The notes: generated by a model not told the origin, from the letters alone. A stretch of DNA of 64,000 bases from Candidatus Spongiisociaceae bacterium (GCA_965262915.1 OZ253564.1:2944001-3008000); one strand, 5' to 3'. Counted from the first letter of the stretch, positions 1 through 10,399 are shown. Numbers and translations: made by a program.

Positions 1-731
1 GTGAACACCTCGATCGGGTCGGCGCCGTCGACCGGGAACCGTACCCTCGCCCCTACCGACCGGCCGATCCAGTTGGTCTGCATGGCCTTGATCGGCTCGG
101 GCCAGTCGAGCCCCTCGAAGACCAGCAGCTGCTCCGCGTAATTGGTGATGCGGAAGAACCACTGCTCCATCATCCGCTGGACCACGGGTTGGCCGGTGCG
201 TTCGTCCCTCCCGTCTATGACCTGCTCGTTGGCCAGTACGGTCTGGAGGGTGGGCGACCAGTTGACGAGCGCCTCTCCCCGGTAGGCCAGGCCGGCCTCG
301 TAGAGCCGGGAGAACAACCACTCGGTCCAGTGGTAGTACTCGGGCGTGCAGGACACCGCCTCCCGCCGCCAGTCGATCATCGTCCCCATGGACCGCAGCT
401 GCCGGCGCATCCGCTCTATGTTGGCGTAGGTCCACTTCCAGGGATGGATGTTGGCCTGCACGGCGGCGTTCTCGGCCGGCAGCCCGAAGGCGTCGAAACC
501 CATGGGGAAGAGCACGTTGTAGCCCCTCATGCGCATGTGCCGGGCCCGGGCATCGGAGGGTGTCATGGCGTACCAGTGCCCGATGTGCAGGTCCCCGCTG
601 GGATAGGGCAACATGGTCATGGCGTAGTGCTTGGGCCGGTCCCAGTCGACATCCGACCGGTAGAGACCGGTTTCCTCCCAGACCTTCTGCCAGTACGCCT
701 CGACCTTGCGGTGGTTGTATCGCCGGTTCAC
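1..731 (-). CDS. leuS: leucyl-tRNA ligase, N-terminal part (runs off the left edge)
   Basis: Manual translation from GTG 731: MNRRYNHRKVEAYWQKVW...MLPYPSGDLHIGHW (HIGH motif)...PMGFDAFGLPAENAA...TVLANEQV. Confidence 0.95.
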   Translation of the reverse strand, partial: MNRRYNHRKVEAYWQKVWEETGLYRSDVDWDRPKHYAMTMLPYPSGDLHIGHWYAMTPSDARARHMRMRGYNVLFPMGFDAFGLPAENAAVQANIHPWKWTYANIERMRRQLRSMGTMIDWRREAVSCTPEYYHWTEWLFSRLYEAGLAYRGEALVNWSPTLQTVLANEQVIDGRDERTGQPVVQRMMEQWFFRITNYAEQLLVFEGLDWPEPIKAMQTNWIGRSVGARVRFPVDGADPIEVF

Positions 732-855
732 GGCGTGATCCTATCGCAGACCGGGCCCTCTCCGATCCGCCTTCCGGGTAGCGGGCCTGCTCGCCACGCC
801 CGGGCCGGAGGCCAGGTACTGTTGCATCCTCGGAAAGCTTCTGCGGAGGACGGAA

Positions 856-1635
856 ATGCGACCGGTGGTGGCGGTCACGACCGCGATGAGGACCTTCGAG
901 ACCCCCCTGGGCCATGGTCTCGATTTCCACACCCTGGTCGAGACCTACGCCGTGGCGCTCGACCGGGCGGGGGCCACCCTGCTGATGGTGGGTCGTATGC
1001 GCGCCGGCGCGGCTTGCCAGGTGCTGGACAGGGTGGATGGTCTGGTGATCACCGGGGGGCGGGATCTCTCACCGGCCCTCTACGGGCAGGAGAACACGGC
1101 CAGCGTGCATATCTACGAGGGGGACGACACGCGGGACATGGCTCTGATCCGGGAGGCCCGCATGAGGAGGATGCCGGTACTGGCCATATGCCGGGGGCTC
1201 CAGGCGGTGAACGTGACGCTGGGCGGTGAACTCCACCAGCACGTGCTCTCGGACTCGGATCCCGAGCACCCCGGTCCGGCCGGAGAGCCCACGGATCGCA
1301 ATGCCCATCGGCACACCGTCGAGTTCGTGGAGGGATGCCGGCTGGCGTCGGTGTACGGAGTGGGCGAACGGCGGGTCAATTCGCTGCATCACCAGGCGAT
1401 CTCCCGCGCGGCGCCCGGATTGGCGGTGGTGGCGCGCACGCCGGGCGGCGCCGTAGAAGCTGTCGAGAGCACCGACCCCCGCTGGCCGCTGTTAGCCGTC
1501 CAATGGCACCCGGAGATGCTGGGTCACTCGGAGGAGTCGGCCCTGTTCGAGGCCTTCGTGGAGGATGCCCGCGCCTATCGCCGGGGTGACCTGCGCGCCA
1601 CTGTGGAGCACGGAGGTGGAGCTGACGGGATTTGA
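856..1635 (+). CDS. gamma-glutamyl-GABA hydrolase family / peptidase C26 (class I glutamine amidotransferase)
   Basis: GLVITGGRD, AICRGLQ (catalytic Cys), VNSLHHQA, VQWHPE. Confidence 0.9.
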   Translation: MRPVVAVTTAMRTFETPLGHGLDFHTLVETYAVALDRAGATLLMVGRMRAGAACQVLDRVDGLVITGGRDLSPALYGQENTASVHIYEGDDTRDMALIREARMRRMPVLAICRGLQAVNVTLGGELHQHVLSDSDPEHPGPAGEPTDRNAHRHTVEFVEGCRLASVYGVGERRVNSLHHQAISRAAPGLAVVARTPGGAVEAVESTDPRWPLLAVQWHPEMLGHSEESALFEAFVEDARAYRRGDLRATVEHGGGADGI

Positions 1636-1689
1636 ACCCGTGACCTCTTGCATGCCATGCAAGCGCTCTGCCAACTGAGCTACAGCCCC
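1617..1689 (-). tRNA. tRNA-Ala(GGC)
   Basis: Reverse complement GGGGCTGTAGCTCAGTTGGCAGAGCGCTTGCATGGCATGCAAGAGGTCACGGGTTCAAATCCCGTCAGCTCCA folds as a cloverleaf. Confidence 0.95.
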
Positions 1690-1778
1690 GAGAGGATGAT
1701 CGAACGGTCGGTCTCGATCGTCACCACGAGAGGGACCAGCTTACCAACATCCGGGTGGTCGGTGGCCGCGGGTCGTAA

Positions 1779-2030
1779 GAGGGTGCGCGGATAGGCGGAC
1801 GACCACCACACCCTGCCAGAAACACCAGCAGAAGTGGTGGACCCCCATTAGGAGGGTGGTGCAAAACCCCTTCACGGACCGTCGGTCGATGACATAATCT
1901 CTGTTCAGAAGAAGACGGGCCGTTGCTCCCCACCTACCCGGCAAAGATCGAAGAACACCTGGTCATCGCCGGGTACCCATCAACCGTCGCACTCAGTGTT
2001 TTCCAGGTCAGCACCTATCCGCGCACCCTC
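1779..2030. mobile_element. MITE family A copy containing a nested, truncated family B copy (~1851-1940)
   Basis: 17-bp terminal IR gagggtgcgcggatagg...cctatccgcgcaccctc; interior shared with 19593-19735; inner part is the reverse complement of 13816-13916 and 30509-30610. Confidence 0.8.
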
Positions 2031-2050
2031 TAGGTATGGAAACGTGCTGG

Positions 2051-2458
2051 TCAGGCTCCGGTCGGAAGAGCGGGAGCCCATGCGATCCGAGGGGCGTCAC
2101 CCCACAACCTCTCGAGGGAGTAGAAGTCACGCGCCTCGGGCTGGAAGAAATGGACCGCCAAGTCGCCGTAGTCGAGAAGCACCCATTCCGCGGTGTCCAT
2201 TCCCTCGGTCCGGAACGGTGAGCGGCCGTATCCCTCGAGTTGCCGGTCCACCTCTTCGACCAGGGTCCTGACCTGTCGCTTCGAAGTACCGGTGGCGATG
2301 ACGAAGATGTCGACTATTCCGAGAAGGTCGGCCACGTCGAGGATGACGATTTCACGTCCCTGCTTGCTGTCGATGGCACCCGCGGCAGTCGCGGCCAGTT
2401 GGGCCGTCGGGAGGTCGACACCTACTGCCCGTAATGCCTGACGATCCGTGATGCTCAC
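2051..2458 (-). CDS. rsfS: ribosome silencing factor
   Basis: DSKQGREIVILDV, FVIATGTSKRQV, WVLLDYGDLAVHFF, FYSLERLW; follows nadD. Confidence 0.95.
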   Translation of the reverse strand: MSITDRQALRAVGVDLPTAQLAATAAGAIDSKQGREIVILDVADLLGIVDIFVIATGTSKRQVRTLVEEVDRQLEGYGRSPFRTEGMDTAEWVLLDYGDLAVHFFQPEARDFYSLERLWGDAPRIAWAPALPTGA

Positions 2459-2494
2459 CTTTCCCGGTCGACGCCGAAGCGGCTTATTCCAGGA

Positions 2495-3115
2495 TCATAG
2501 CTCCGGATGCTGCTGTCGGGCGTCAAATCCGCTTCGGTTTCCCCTTCCGTACACGGAGTGGTTGTCGATGTACCGTCGCACCTCTTCCCGTACCAGGAAA
2601 CGCAGGCTGTGACCGGCAACGGCCCTGCGACGCAACTCGGTTCCCGATATCTCGAGGGGCGGGATGTCGAGCCATTCCACTTCGCGAGCCACGGCCCGCT
2701 CGACGGTCTCCCGAGTGGTTCCCGGACGGGGCGCCACCGCGATGCGGGCCCGGCGCAGGACCTCCTCTGCCCGGTGCCACGACGGCAGGCGGGCGGCGGC
2801 GTCGGCGCCGAGTATCAGGACGGGCGTGCCGGTGGCGAGGCTGGACAGAGTGTCGATCGTGTAGGTCAAACCGGCACGCACGACTTCCCGGTCGTCAGCC
2901 CGGAAGTACGGTATCCCCGAGGTGGTTGCCACCGTCATTCCCCAGCGGTGCCGGGCCGGCGTGACCGACGTGCCGAGCTTCTGCCACGGGGCGCCGGCCG
3001 GTATGAACCGCACGCTGTCGAGGTCGAGTTGGCGGAAGGCGGCCTCGGCCAGGACCATATGGGCAATATGGGGCGGATCGAACGTCCCTCCGACGATGCC
3101 TACGCTCACACCCAC
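2495..3115 (-). CDS. nadD: nicotinate-nucleotide adenylyltransferase
   Basis: GGTFDPPHIAH, TYTIDT, LILGAD, EISGTELR; start uncertain (3109, 3115 or 3142). Confidence 0.93.
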   Translation of the reverse strand: MGVSVGIVGGTFDPPHIAHMVLAEAAFRQLDLDSVRFIPAGAPWQKLGTSVTPARHRWGMTVATTSGIPYFRADDREVVRAGLTYTIDTLSSLATGTPVLILGADAAARLPSWHRAEEVLRRARIAVAPRPGTTRETVERAVAREVEWLDIPPLEISGTELRRRAVAGHSLRFLVREEVRRYIDNHSVYGRGNRSGFDARQQHPEL

Positions 3116-3203
3116 AGGGTAGGAGAGTGCCGGGAAATCCACCAGCGGCCGGCCCGCCCGACGCTGCGACCGGTCGGGCCGGCCGGCGACATGGGCGCGA
3201 TCG

Positions 3204-3722
3204 TCAGATGACCGACACCAGCCTCAAGCCTACCGCGGGGGTTCTCGGCAGGCACCCCAACAGAGGCTCCGGGTCGATATACAGCCCGTCGATCCGGACC
3301 GAGAAGTGAACATCGCCGTGCCCTGACACGGAGCCGGCCCGTCCTAGCACCGCTCCACGGGCCACGCGTTGCCCCCTCGTCACCGCGACACCGTCCAGAT
3401 AGGAGTAGCTCGTCTTGAGCCCTCCTCCATGGTCGACGGTCACCACCAGATTGCCCACCACCAATCCGGAGAAGGTCACCCGGCCGGAGGCCGCCGCCCG
3501 GACGTATCCGTCCGAGCCGCCGCGGTAGTCGATGCCCCAGTGACCCGAGTAGTTCTCGCCGGGCGCGAAACGGACGCTGACCTGCCCGTCGGCGGGCGGG
3601 TCCAAGCCGACGCACGACCGGTTGGCGTCGAAGAGCACCGAACGGGGCGCACCGGGATGGGCCGGGGCCGTGATCGACACGGACAGCAGGATTCCCAAGA
3701 CCAGCAGGCGGGTGACAAACAC
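3204..3722 (-). CDS. secreted M23 family metallopeptidase
   Basis: Signal peptide; HWGID, DHGGGLKTSYSYL and HFS M23 motifs. Confidence 0.85.
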   Translation of the reverse strand: MFVTRLLVLGILLSVSITAPAHPGAPRSVLFDANRSCVGLDPPADGQVSVRFAPGENYSGHWGIDYRGGSDGYVRAAASGRVTFSGLVVGNLVVTVDHGGGLKTSYSYLDGVAVTRGQRVARGAVLGRAGSVSGHGDVHFSVRIDGLYIDPEPLLGCLPRTPAVGLRLVSVI

Positions 3723-3885
3723 GGAACGCTCCCTGCCTCCCGCCGCGCATCGCTGCTCCGCGCCGCTGCGCGACTACCGTGGCCCGCTTCGCACCGACGG
3801 CACCCGCTCCGTCAAGGTACCCCATCGGTAAGGGCCGGACAAGGGGGTCGACGGCCGGCCGATCAGGTTCGGGGCCGACTAACCA

Positions 3886-4214
3886 GTGGTCTGTCTGCAG
3901 ACAACTTGCCGTGCTCTGGCAGCCATCGACGCCCCTCGCTTGGTTCCGGCTCCTCAACGTACCGCTGCGGGTACGCCTTCGTCGGAGGGCCTTTGCGAGG
4001 AACGCCGCTGCCGGCGCATACCACGCCACCGTTTCAAAGACAGACGTTGGGTGGTCTGCCTGCAAAACAACTTGCCGTGCTCTGCTTGCCATCGTCGCCC
4101 CTCGCTTGGTTCCGGCTCCTCAACGTACCGCTGCGGGTACGCCTTCGTCGGAGGGCCTTTGCGAGGAACGCCGCTGCCGGCGCATATCACGCCGCCGTTT
4201 CACAGACAGACCAC
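3886..4214. repeat. tandem pair of ~165-bp MITE-like units (family C): 3886-4045 and 4051-4214
   Basis: Near-identical direct repeat; imperfect terminal IR gtggtctg(t/c)ctgca...cagacagac(cac). Confidence 0.85.
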
Positions 4215-4287
4215 GTGTCGCGAAATGCGTGTTGTCTCAACTAACCTGGAAGTCCCGTAGTTCAGCGTCAGACGAGGTCGCCAAAGT

Positions 4288-5619
4288 ATGCACATCATCA
4301 TTGTTGGTGCCGGTGCTGTGGGCGGTTATATCGCCGAGCGGTTATCGCTCGAAGGCCAGGACGTGGTCGTCATCGAGAACAACCCGCGGCGAGCGGAGGA
4401 GATCAGGGAGCGACTCGACGCCTTGGTCATCACCGGGAACGGCGCCAGCGCTCCGATCCTCAAAGAAGCGCGGGCGGATCGCGCGGAGTTGCTTCTGGCG
4501 GTTACGACCAGCGACGGGGCCAATATCATCGCCTGCCACACGGCTACCAAGATGGGGGTCGGGAGGACCGTCGCCCGGGTGCAGGATCCGGGTCTCAAGG
4601 ACGGACTCGACGGTCTCGATGTCGACTTCGTGATCGACCCGGTGGTTTCGGCCGCCAAGGAGATCACCGACCTGGTGAGCGAGTCGGGCGTGTCCGAGTT
4701 GATCGAGTTCGGAGGGGGGAGGCTCTCCCTGGTGGGCGGAACCGCCACCAGTTCCTCGCCGCTCGTAGGGGTACCGCTGCGGGACATGGGTGGCCGGGTC
4801 CAGGAGTTCCGGTGGCTGGCGATCGCGGTGGTCCGGAACGGGATGACGATCGTGGCGCACGGCGATACGACGGTGCAGGAGGGCGACCATCTGCTGTTGA
4901 TGGTGAGGCGCAAGAACGTCGATCGGGCCAAGACGATGATAGGCATCCACGACCGCAAGATCCGGAGGGCGCTCATCATCGGAACGACGCGGGTGGCCCG
5001 TCTGACAACGGATCTGCTGGTGCGGGCCGGTCTGGCGGTCGTGGTCATCGACCCCGACATGGTCAGGTGCCGCGCCGTGGCCGAAACGCAGCCCTCGGCC
5101 CTGGTCATCGTCGGTGATCCCATGGATCCGGAGGTACTCGGAGATCTGGATATCGACCGCGAGGACGCGGTCGTGGCGCTCACCGGGGTCGATTCGATGA
5201 ACCTGATCGGATGCCTGGTCGGAAAGGCGCTCGGAGCTTCCACGACTATCAGCCGGGTGACGCGTATGAGCTACGTCGGGCTGCTGGCAGGCATCGGTGT
5301 CGACACCACCGTCTCGACCCGTCTGGCCGCCGCCGCCTCGATCCTGCGGTTCGTGCGGCGGGGTACCGTTCACTCGGTCGCCACATTCTCCGACACGGAT
5401 GCCGAGGTGATAGAACTCGAGGTCGCTCCGGGCTCGGAGGCCGTCGGACGCACCCTCCTGGAGCTACCGCTGCCGGAGGGTGCGGTGGTGGGAGGCATCC
5501 TGCGGGGCGACATGGCCTTCGTCCCCTCCGGAGACACTGCCATACAGGCGCGCGACCATCTGATCATCTTCACGCTGCCTCAGGCCATGGCGACGGTCGA
5601 ATCCATGTTCTCTTTGTGA
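4288..5619 (+). CDS. trkA: Trk potassium uptake NAD-binding subunit
   Basis: IIIVGAGAVG Rossmann motif; tandem RCK_N/RCK_C domains; 443 aa; next to trkH. Confidence 0.95.
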   Translation: MHIIIVGAGAVGGYIAERLSLEGQDVVVIENNPRRAEEIRERLDALVITGNGASAPILKEARADRAELLLAVTTSDGANIIACHTATKMGVGRTVARVQDPGLKDGLDGLDVDFVIDPVVSAAKEITDLVSESGVSELIEFGGGRLSLVGGTATSSSPLVGVPLRDMGGRVQEFRWLAIAVVRNGMTIVAHGDTTVQEGDHLLLMVRRKNVDRAKTMIGIHDRKIRRALIIGTTRVARLTTDLLVRAGLAVVVIDPDMVRCRAVAETQPSALVIVGDPMDPEVLGDLDIDREDAVVALTGVDSMNLIGCLVGKALGASTTISRVTRMSYVGLLAGIGVDTTVSTRLAAAASILRFVRRGTVHSVATFSDTDAEVIELEVAPGSEAVGRTLLELPLPEGAVVGGILRGDMAFVPSGDTAIQARDHLIIFTLPQAMATVESMFSL

Positions 5620-5709
5620 GGTATGCCGAGCTGCGTCGGGGAGCCGCCACCGGTGAGCCGTAGAGGGCCGAAGCCGGGGAACCGCTTATTCCTGCGCCGC
5701 CAGGGACCT

Positions 5710-7158
5710 ATGTTCCGCCGCCTCACCTATGTCATCGGCGCCGTGGTGGTGGCGGCGGGCGTGTCGATGGTGCCCGCTCTGATCGCCGCGCTCGTCTACA
5801 AGGAGTGGGCAACGGCCGGATGGATCTCGCTGTCGGCCGTCATCACCGTGGCGGTGGGTTTCGTCGGGTGGCGGGTGGTGGGCCGGTCGGGCACTCTCAC
5901 GACCAAGGAGGGATTCGCCACCGTGGGGTTGGCATGGTTCGCGATGGCGTTCTTCGGCGTCCTCCCCTACCTGCTCACGGGCTCGATCGGCAACCTGACC
6001 GATGCCTTCTTCGAGGCGACCTCGGGTTTCACGACGACGGGCGCATCGGTGGTACCCGATCCCGGCCTACTGTCCCACGGGATCCTCGTGTGGCGATCGA
6101 CCACTCAGTGGTTGGGCGGGATGGGGGTGATCATCCTGTCCCTGGCCATCCTGCCGCTGCTGGGTGTCGGGGGTGTGCAACTGGCCCGGGCCGAGTCCCC
6201 GGGGCCGGAGCCGGATCGCCTCACCCCCCGGTTCCGGGAGACCGCCAAGCGGCTGTGGTACGTCTACGCGCTCGTCACCGTGGCGGAGATGCTCCTTCTC
6301 TGGGCGGGCGACATGACCCTGTTCCAGGCGATCAACCACGCATTCACCACCATGTCAACCGGCGGGTTCGGGACCGAGGCCACCTCGATCGACGGGTTCA
6401 GCCCCTACGTGCAATGGGTGGTGATCGTGTTCATGTTCATCGCGGGAACCTCCTTCGCCCTCCACTTCCGGGCCGTCCGGGATCCGGGCCGGTACTGGAA
6501 GAACACCGAGTTCCGGCTCTTCGCGGGGGTGGTGCTGGCGGCTGCCGTGATCATTCTGGGAGGCATATGGGGGGAAGCATCTCTCTCGGACAGCATCCGG
6601 GACTCCTTGTTCACCGCGCTGGCGATCGTCACGACCACCGGGTTCGCCACCGCGGACTTCGCCAAGTGGGTTCCCGCCCTCCAGATACTGGTCGTCGGGC
6701 TGATGTTCGTGGGGGGCATGGCCGGATCGACCGCGGGTGGTATCAAGATTTATCGAATCGGGGTACTAATGAGAGCCGCCTCGGCCGATCTGCGGAGGCT
6801 GATCCACCCCAGGGGCGTGTTCATAACCACGTTCGGCGCCAAACGGGTGTCGGATCCGATCGTGGAGAGCGTGCAGTCCTTCTTCCTCTTCTTCATGTTC
6901 ATATTCATGACCGGTACCTTCCTTTTGGGCTTTATGGGATCCACTTTCGGACCCGAGATGGACATCGTGGCCGCCGTCTCGGCCACCGCCAGCGCCTTGG
7001 GCAACATCGGTCCCGCCCTCGGAGAGATGGGTCCGAGCGGCAACTACCTGGGACTCACCTGGCCCGGAAAGTGGCTGCTTTCCTTCCTGATGATCGCCGG
7101 CCGACTCGAACTATTTCCGGTTCTGCTGTTGTTCACGCGGTCGCTCTGGCGGCGATGA
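5710..7158 (+). CDS. trkH: Trk potassium uptake membrane subunit
   Basis: FEATSGFTTTG, WLGGMG, STGGF, GSTAGGIK, NIGP, GRLE; start may lie upstream (5623 or 5653). Confidence 0.95.
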   Translation: MFRRLTYVIGAVVVAAGVSMVPALIAALVYKEWATAGWISLSAVITVAVGFVGWRVVGRSGTLTTKEGFATVGLAWFAMAFFGVLPYLLTGSIGNLTDAFFEATSGFTTTGASVVPDPGLLSHGILVWRSTTQWLGGMGVIILSLAILPLLGVGGVQLARAESPGPEPDRLTPRFRETAKRLWYVYALVTVAEMLLLWAGDMTLFQAINHAFTTMSTGGFGTEATSIDGFSPYVQWVVIVFMFIAGTSFALHFRAVRDPGRYWKNTEFRLFAGVVLAAAVIILGGIWGEASLSDSIRDSLFTALAIVTTTGFATADFAKWVPALQILVVGLMFVGGMAGSTAGGIKIYRIGVLMRAASADLRRLIHPRGVFITTFGAKRVSDPIVESVQSFFLFFMFIFMTGTFLLGFMGSTFGPEMDIVAAVSATASALGNIGPALGEMGPSGNYLGLTWPGKWLLSFLMIAGRLELFPVLLLFTRSLWRR

Positions 7159-7182
7159 GGTTCGGAGGCCGCCGGTCACGGG

Positions 7183-8301
7183 TCACCGCACCAGGACTAC
7201 CAGCCGGTCACGGTGGATCAATTCGCCGTTCCAGCCGAGCTCGGTGGAGCGCTTGCCCATCCAGCGCCGGACATCGGAGGCCCCGACGCTTACCAGGCCC
7301 TTTCCCACCAGCGCGCCGTGCTGATCACGGACCTCCACCGCCGCGCCGGCCGGGAACTCGCCTTCCACTCCGGTGACGCCTACCAGGAGTAGGGAGCTGC
7401 CCCGCTTCACCAGGGCCTGCGCGGCGCCGTGGTCGATCCGCAGGGAGCCTTCCGCCTGCTGGCCGAAGGCCAGCCAGAGTTTCCTGGCCGACAGCTTGGC
7501 GTTTCCCGGCACCACGTAGGTTCCGGTTTCCTCCCCCCGGACGATGGTCTCGACCACGCCGAGCCGGTCTGATCTGGCGATGACGGTCGGTATACCGGAC
7601 CAGGCCGCCATACGGGCCGCCTCCACCTTGGTGCCCACGCCGCCCGATCCCATCGGACCGGCAGACCCCGCGGCCACCCGGTCGAGGAGCGGATCGCGGT
7701 GCTCGATCATGGATATGGGTTCCCCTTCGCCGGATCTGGGATCCGCGGAGTACAAGCCGTCCGTGTCGGTGAGGATTATCAGCATTCCGGCTCCCACCAG
7801 ATGGGAGACGATGGCGGCCAACCGATCGTTGTCGCCCATCTTCAGCTCGTCCACCGCCACGGTGTCGTTCTCGTTGACGATCGGAACGATGGAACTGTCG
7901 AGCATGCGGGTGAGCGCTCCGCGGGCGTGGAGGTACTGGGAACGCATCGACAGGATGTCGAGGGTTATCAGTACCTGACCCGTTGTGCGGCCCACGCGGG
8001 CGAAGACCCGGCTGTACTGGGCGATGAGCAGGCTCTGGCCTATCGCCGCCGCCACCTGTAGGCCGGTGGTATCGGTAGGGCGGCCTCCCAGGGTGGGCGA
8101 TCCGGCTGCGACTGCTCCGGAGGAGACCAGCACGGTCGGGTACCCGGCGTCCCAGAGCGTGACCACCTGGCTCGTGGCCCGACTCAAGGCGGCCTCGTCG
8201 ATCCCACCGTCCCGGCGGGTAAGGCTTGAGGAACCGATCTTGAGCACCATCGGGGTTCCCGGTGGCGGGATGAGCCGGCGGTAGCCCGAACTCTCACTCA
8301 T
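7183..8301 (-). CDS. proB: glutamate 5-kinase
   Basis: VLKIGSSSL, VSSGAVAAG, PIVNENDTV, GDNDRLAA, C-terminal PUA domain; ATG 8301 overlaps the obg stop. Confidence 0.95.
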   Translation of the reverse strand: MSESSGYRRLIPPPGTPMVLKIGSSSLTRRDGGIDEAALSRATSQVVTLWDAGYPTVLVSSGAVAAGSPTLGGRPTDTTGLQVAAAIGQSLLIAQYSRVFARVGRTTGQVLITLDILSMRSQYLHARGALTRMLDSSIVPIVNENDTVAVDELKMGDNDRLAAIVSHLVGAGMLIILTDTDGLYSADPRSGEGEPISMIEHRDPLLDRVAAGSAGPMGSGGVGTKVEAARMAAWSGIPTVIARSDRLGVVETIVRGEETGTYVVPGNAKLSARKLWLAFGQQAEGSLRIDHGAAQALVKRGSSLLLVGVTGVEGEFPAGAAVEVRDQHGALVGKGLVSVGASDVRRWMGKRSTELGWNGELIHRDRLVVLVR

Positions 8302-9553
8302 CGTCGGGCTCCGAGAACTCGAACAGGTGGTCCCCGATGCGGACTTCGTCACCTTGTCGCGCTCCGGCCCGACGGAGGGCGTCGTCCACACCCAGCCGGG
8401 TCAGCCGCCGGGCGGCGAGACCTGCCGCCTCAGCCAGGGTAAGGTCGTTGAACGCCACCGCCTGCTCGGCTGCTCGCCCTTCCACAACCCAGACATCGTC
8501 GATCCGGTCCACCGTGAAGACGTGCTGGAGCGGGCGGTGCAGGATATACCCCCCACTCCTCTCGAGATGCCGCTCCGACCTGTCGACCGCATCCGCTATT
8601 CGGTGCAGCAGGCCTTCGATACCCTCGCCGCTGACGGCGCTGATCTGGGTCACGCCGGGGGCTGCCCGGCGGAGCCCGGGCGAGACGGCATCCGGTATCC
8701 GCAGGTCGGCTTTGGTGACCGCCACCAGCCGGGGACGCTCCGCCAGTTCGGGGTCGTGGGCCCGCAGTTCCCCGCAGAGAATCCGGTACTGGCGCTCCGG
8801 GGACACCGTCTGGAGGGGCGAAGGATCCAGCAGGATCACCAGCGCCCGAGCTCGTTCGCAGTGGCGTAGGAAATCATGTCCCAGGCCCTTTCCCCGGGCG
8901 GCCCCCTCGATCAGGCCGGGGACGTCGGCCAGCACGAACTCCCGGTCGCCGATCGAGACCACCCCGAGGTTCGGTTCCAGGGTGGTGAACGGGTAGTCGG
9001 CTATCTTCGGACGCGCCGCCGACACCCGGGAGATCAAGGTCGACTTGCCGGCGTTGGGGAATCCTACGAGGGCCGCGTCGGCGACCAGCTTCATCTCGAG
9101 CGTGAACCACGCCTCGGACCCGTACTCGCCCTGCTCGCAGAACGCCGGAGCCCGGTTCCGGGGAGAGACGAGGGCCGCGTTACCCCGGCCGCCCCGGCCT
9201 CCTGCCAGAACCTCCACCTGCTGCCCGTGTTCCACCAGATCGGCCAGGAGCCTGCCCTGGTCGTCGATCACCACCGTTCCGGGGGGAACCGTGAGGCTAA
9301 GGTCATCTCCGCGCCGGCCGTGGCGCAGATCGGCTGCTCCGTGGGCTCCACTGCCGGCGGAGTGATGCGGGAGGCGTCGATAGATCTGGAGGGTCGACAT
9401 CCCCTGGTCAGCCACGATCACGACACGGCCGCCCCGGCCGCCGGATCCTCCCGCCGGCTTTCCACGAGGCCGGCGTCCCTCCTTGACGAACGACACCGCC
9501 CCAGCCCCTCCGTTGCCGGATCGGAGCTGTACTCGAACGTGGTCTACGAACAC
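8294..9553 (-). CDS. obgE: GTPase ObgE/CgtA
   Basis: Gly-rich N-terminus, GFPNAGKSTL, YPFTTL, DVPGLIEGA, TKAD. Confidence 0.97.
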   Translation of the reverse strand: MFVDHVRVQLRSGNGGAGAVSFVKEGRRPRGKPAGGSGGRGGRVVIVADQGMSTLQIYRRLPHHSAGSGAHGAADLRHGRRGDDLSLTVPPGTVVIDDQGRLLADLVEHGQQVEVLAGGRGGRGNAALVSPRNRAPAFCEQGEYGSEAWFTLEMKLVADAALVGFPNAGKSTLISRVSAARPKIADYPFTTLEPNLGVVSIGDREFVLADVPGLIEGAARGKGLGHDFLRHCERARALVILLDPSPLQTVSPERQYRILCGELRAHDPELAERPRLVAVTKADLRIPDAVSPGLRRAAPGVTQISAVSGEGIEGLLHRIADAVDRSERHLERSGGYILHRPLQHVFTVDRIDDVWVVEGRAAEQAVAFNDLTLAEAAGLAARRLTRLGVDDALRRAGARQGDEVRIGDHLFEFSEPDDE

Positions 9554-9820
9554 GGCTTTTCTCTCGTTAGGCGGCCGTTCGGCGGATTTCGGTGGTCAGT
9601 GTATTGCGGTGTGCGCATCCAGGAGAAGGCTACGGGGTCGATTGAGGGATCCGGGCTCTCCCCAGCGCTCGGGAAAACGGGCCGGTAAACGGTTGGCACG
9701 AGTCACCGGCTACCGGAGCATCTACAGACCACCGGGCGCGCCACCATCGGCCCTGTGACACGGGGATTGCAGCGGATACCCGGCGCCGGCCCCTGACCAC
9801 CGGCCACCGGTTCCCGGCCA

Positions 9821-10072
9821 TTAGTCCAGGATGACACTCACGCGGCGGCGACCGGCGCGTACGTGGTACTTGACCGTTCCGTGCCTGAGGGCGAACAGCG
9901 TGTCGTCGCCTCCCCGGCCCACGTTGTCGCCTGGGTGTATCGGAGTACCCCGCTGGCGCACGATGATGGTCCCGGCGTGGATCTGCTGGCCGTCGAATAC
10001 CTTCGGGCCGAGTCGCTTGGCCTGCGAGTCACGCCCGTTCCTAGTAGAGCCTCCACCTTTGGTCTTGGACAT
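9821..10072 (-). CDS. rpmA: 50S ribosomal protein L27
   Basis: [27 protein letters not shown]. Confidence 0.98.
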   Translation of the reverse strand: MSKTKGGGSTRNGRDSQAKRLGPKVFDGQQIHAGTIIVRQRGTPIHPGDNVGRGGDDTLFALRHGTVKYHVRAGRRRVSVILD

Positions 10073-10399
10073 CTAGGCCTCCTCGGAATGTGCTGAACCG
10101 ATGTTCGTGATCTCGAGCCGCGTGTAGCGTTGGCGGTGACCCCGGCGGCGGCGGTAGCCGCTCTTGTTCTTGTACTTGAACACGTTGACCTTCTTGCCCT
10201 TCACCTCACCCAGCACCTTGGCTGTCACCTGCAACCGGGCCAGGTCCGGGCCGTCTGTGACCGCGCTTCCGCGGTCGTCGACCACCAGCAACGGCGTGAA
10301 GGTCACCTTGCCGGTGTCACTCCCCAGCAGTTCGACATCAATGATGTCGCCCGCCGCGACCTTTGCCTGCTTACCGCCCGAGCGGATGATTGCGTACAT
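10073..10399 (-). CDS. rplU: 50S ribosomal protein L21
   Basis: MYAIIRSGGKQ, KYKNKSGYRRRRGHRQ. Confidence 0.98.
   Translation of the reverse strand: MYAIIRSGGKQAKVAAGDIIDVELLGSDTGKVTFTPLLVVDDRGSAVTDGPDLARLQVTAKVLGEVKGKKVNVFKYKNKSGYRRRRGHRQRYTRLEITNIGSAHSEEA

Noticed and set aside
189-1229. Long shadow ORFs (also 5805-7376, 18287-19738, 28676-29953, 35972-37393, 59462-60739)
   Set aside because: Antisense or off-frame to well-supported genes; expected in high-GC DNA.
3886-4214. Possible CRISPR array
   Set aside because: Only two 165-bp units, no short repeat/unique spacer pattern, and no cas genes in the window.
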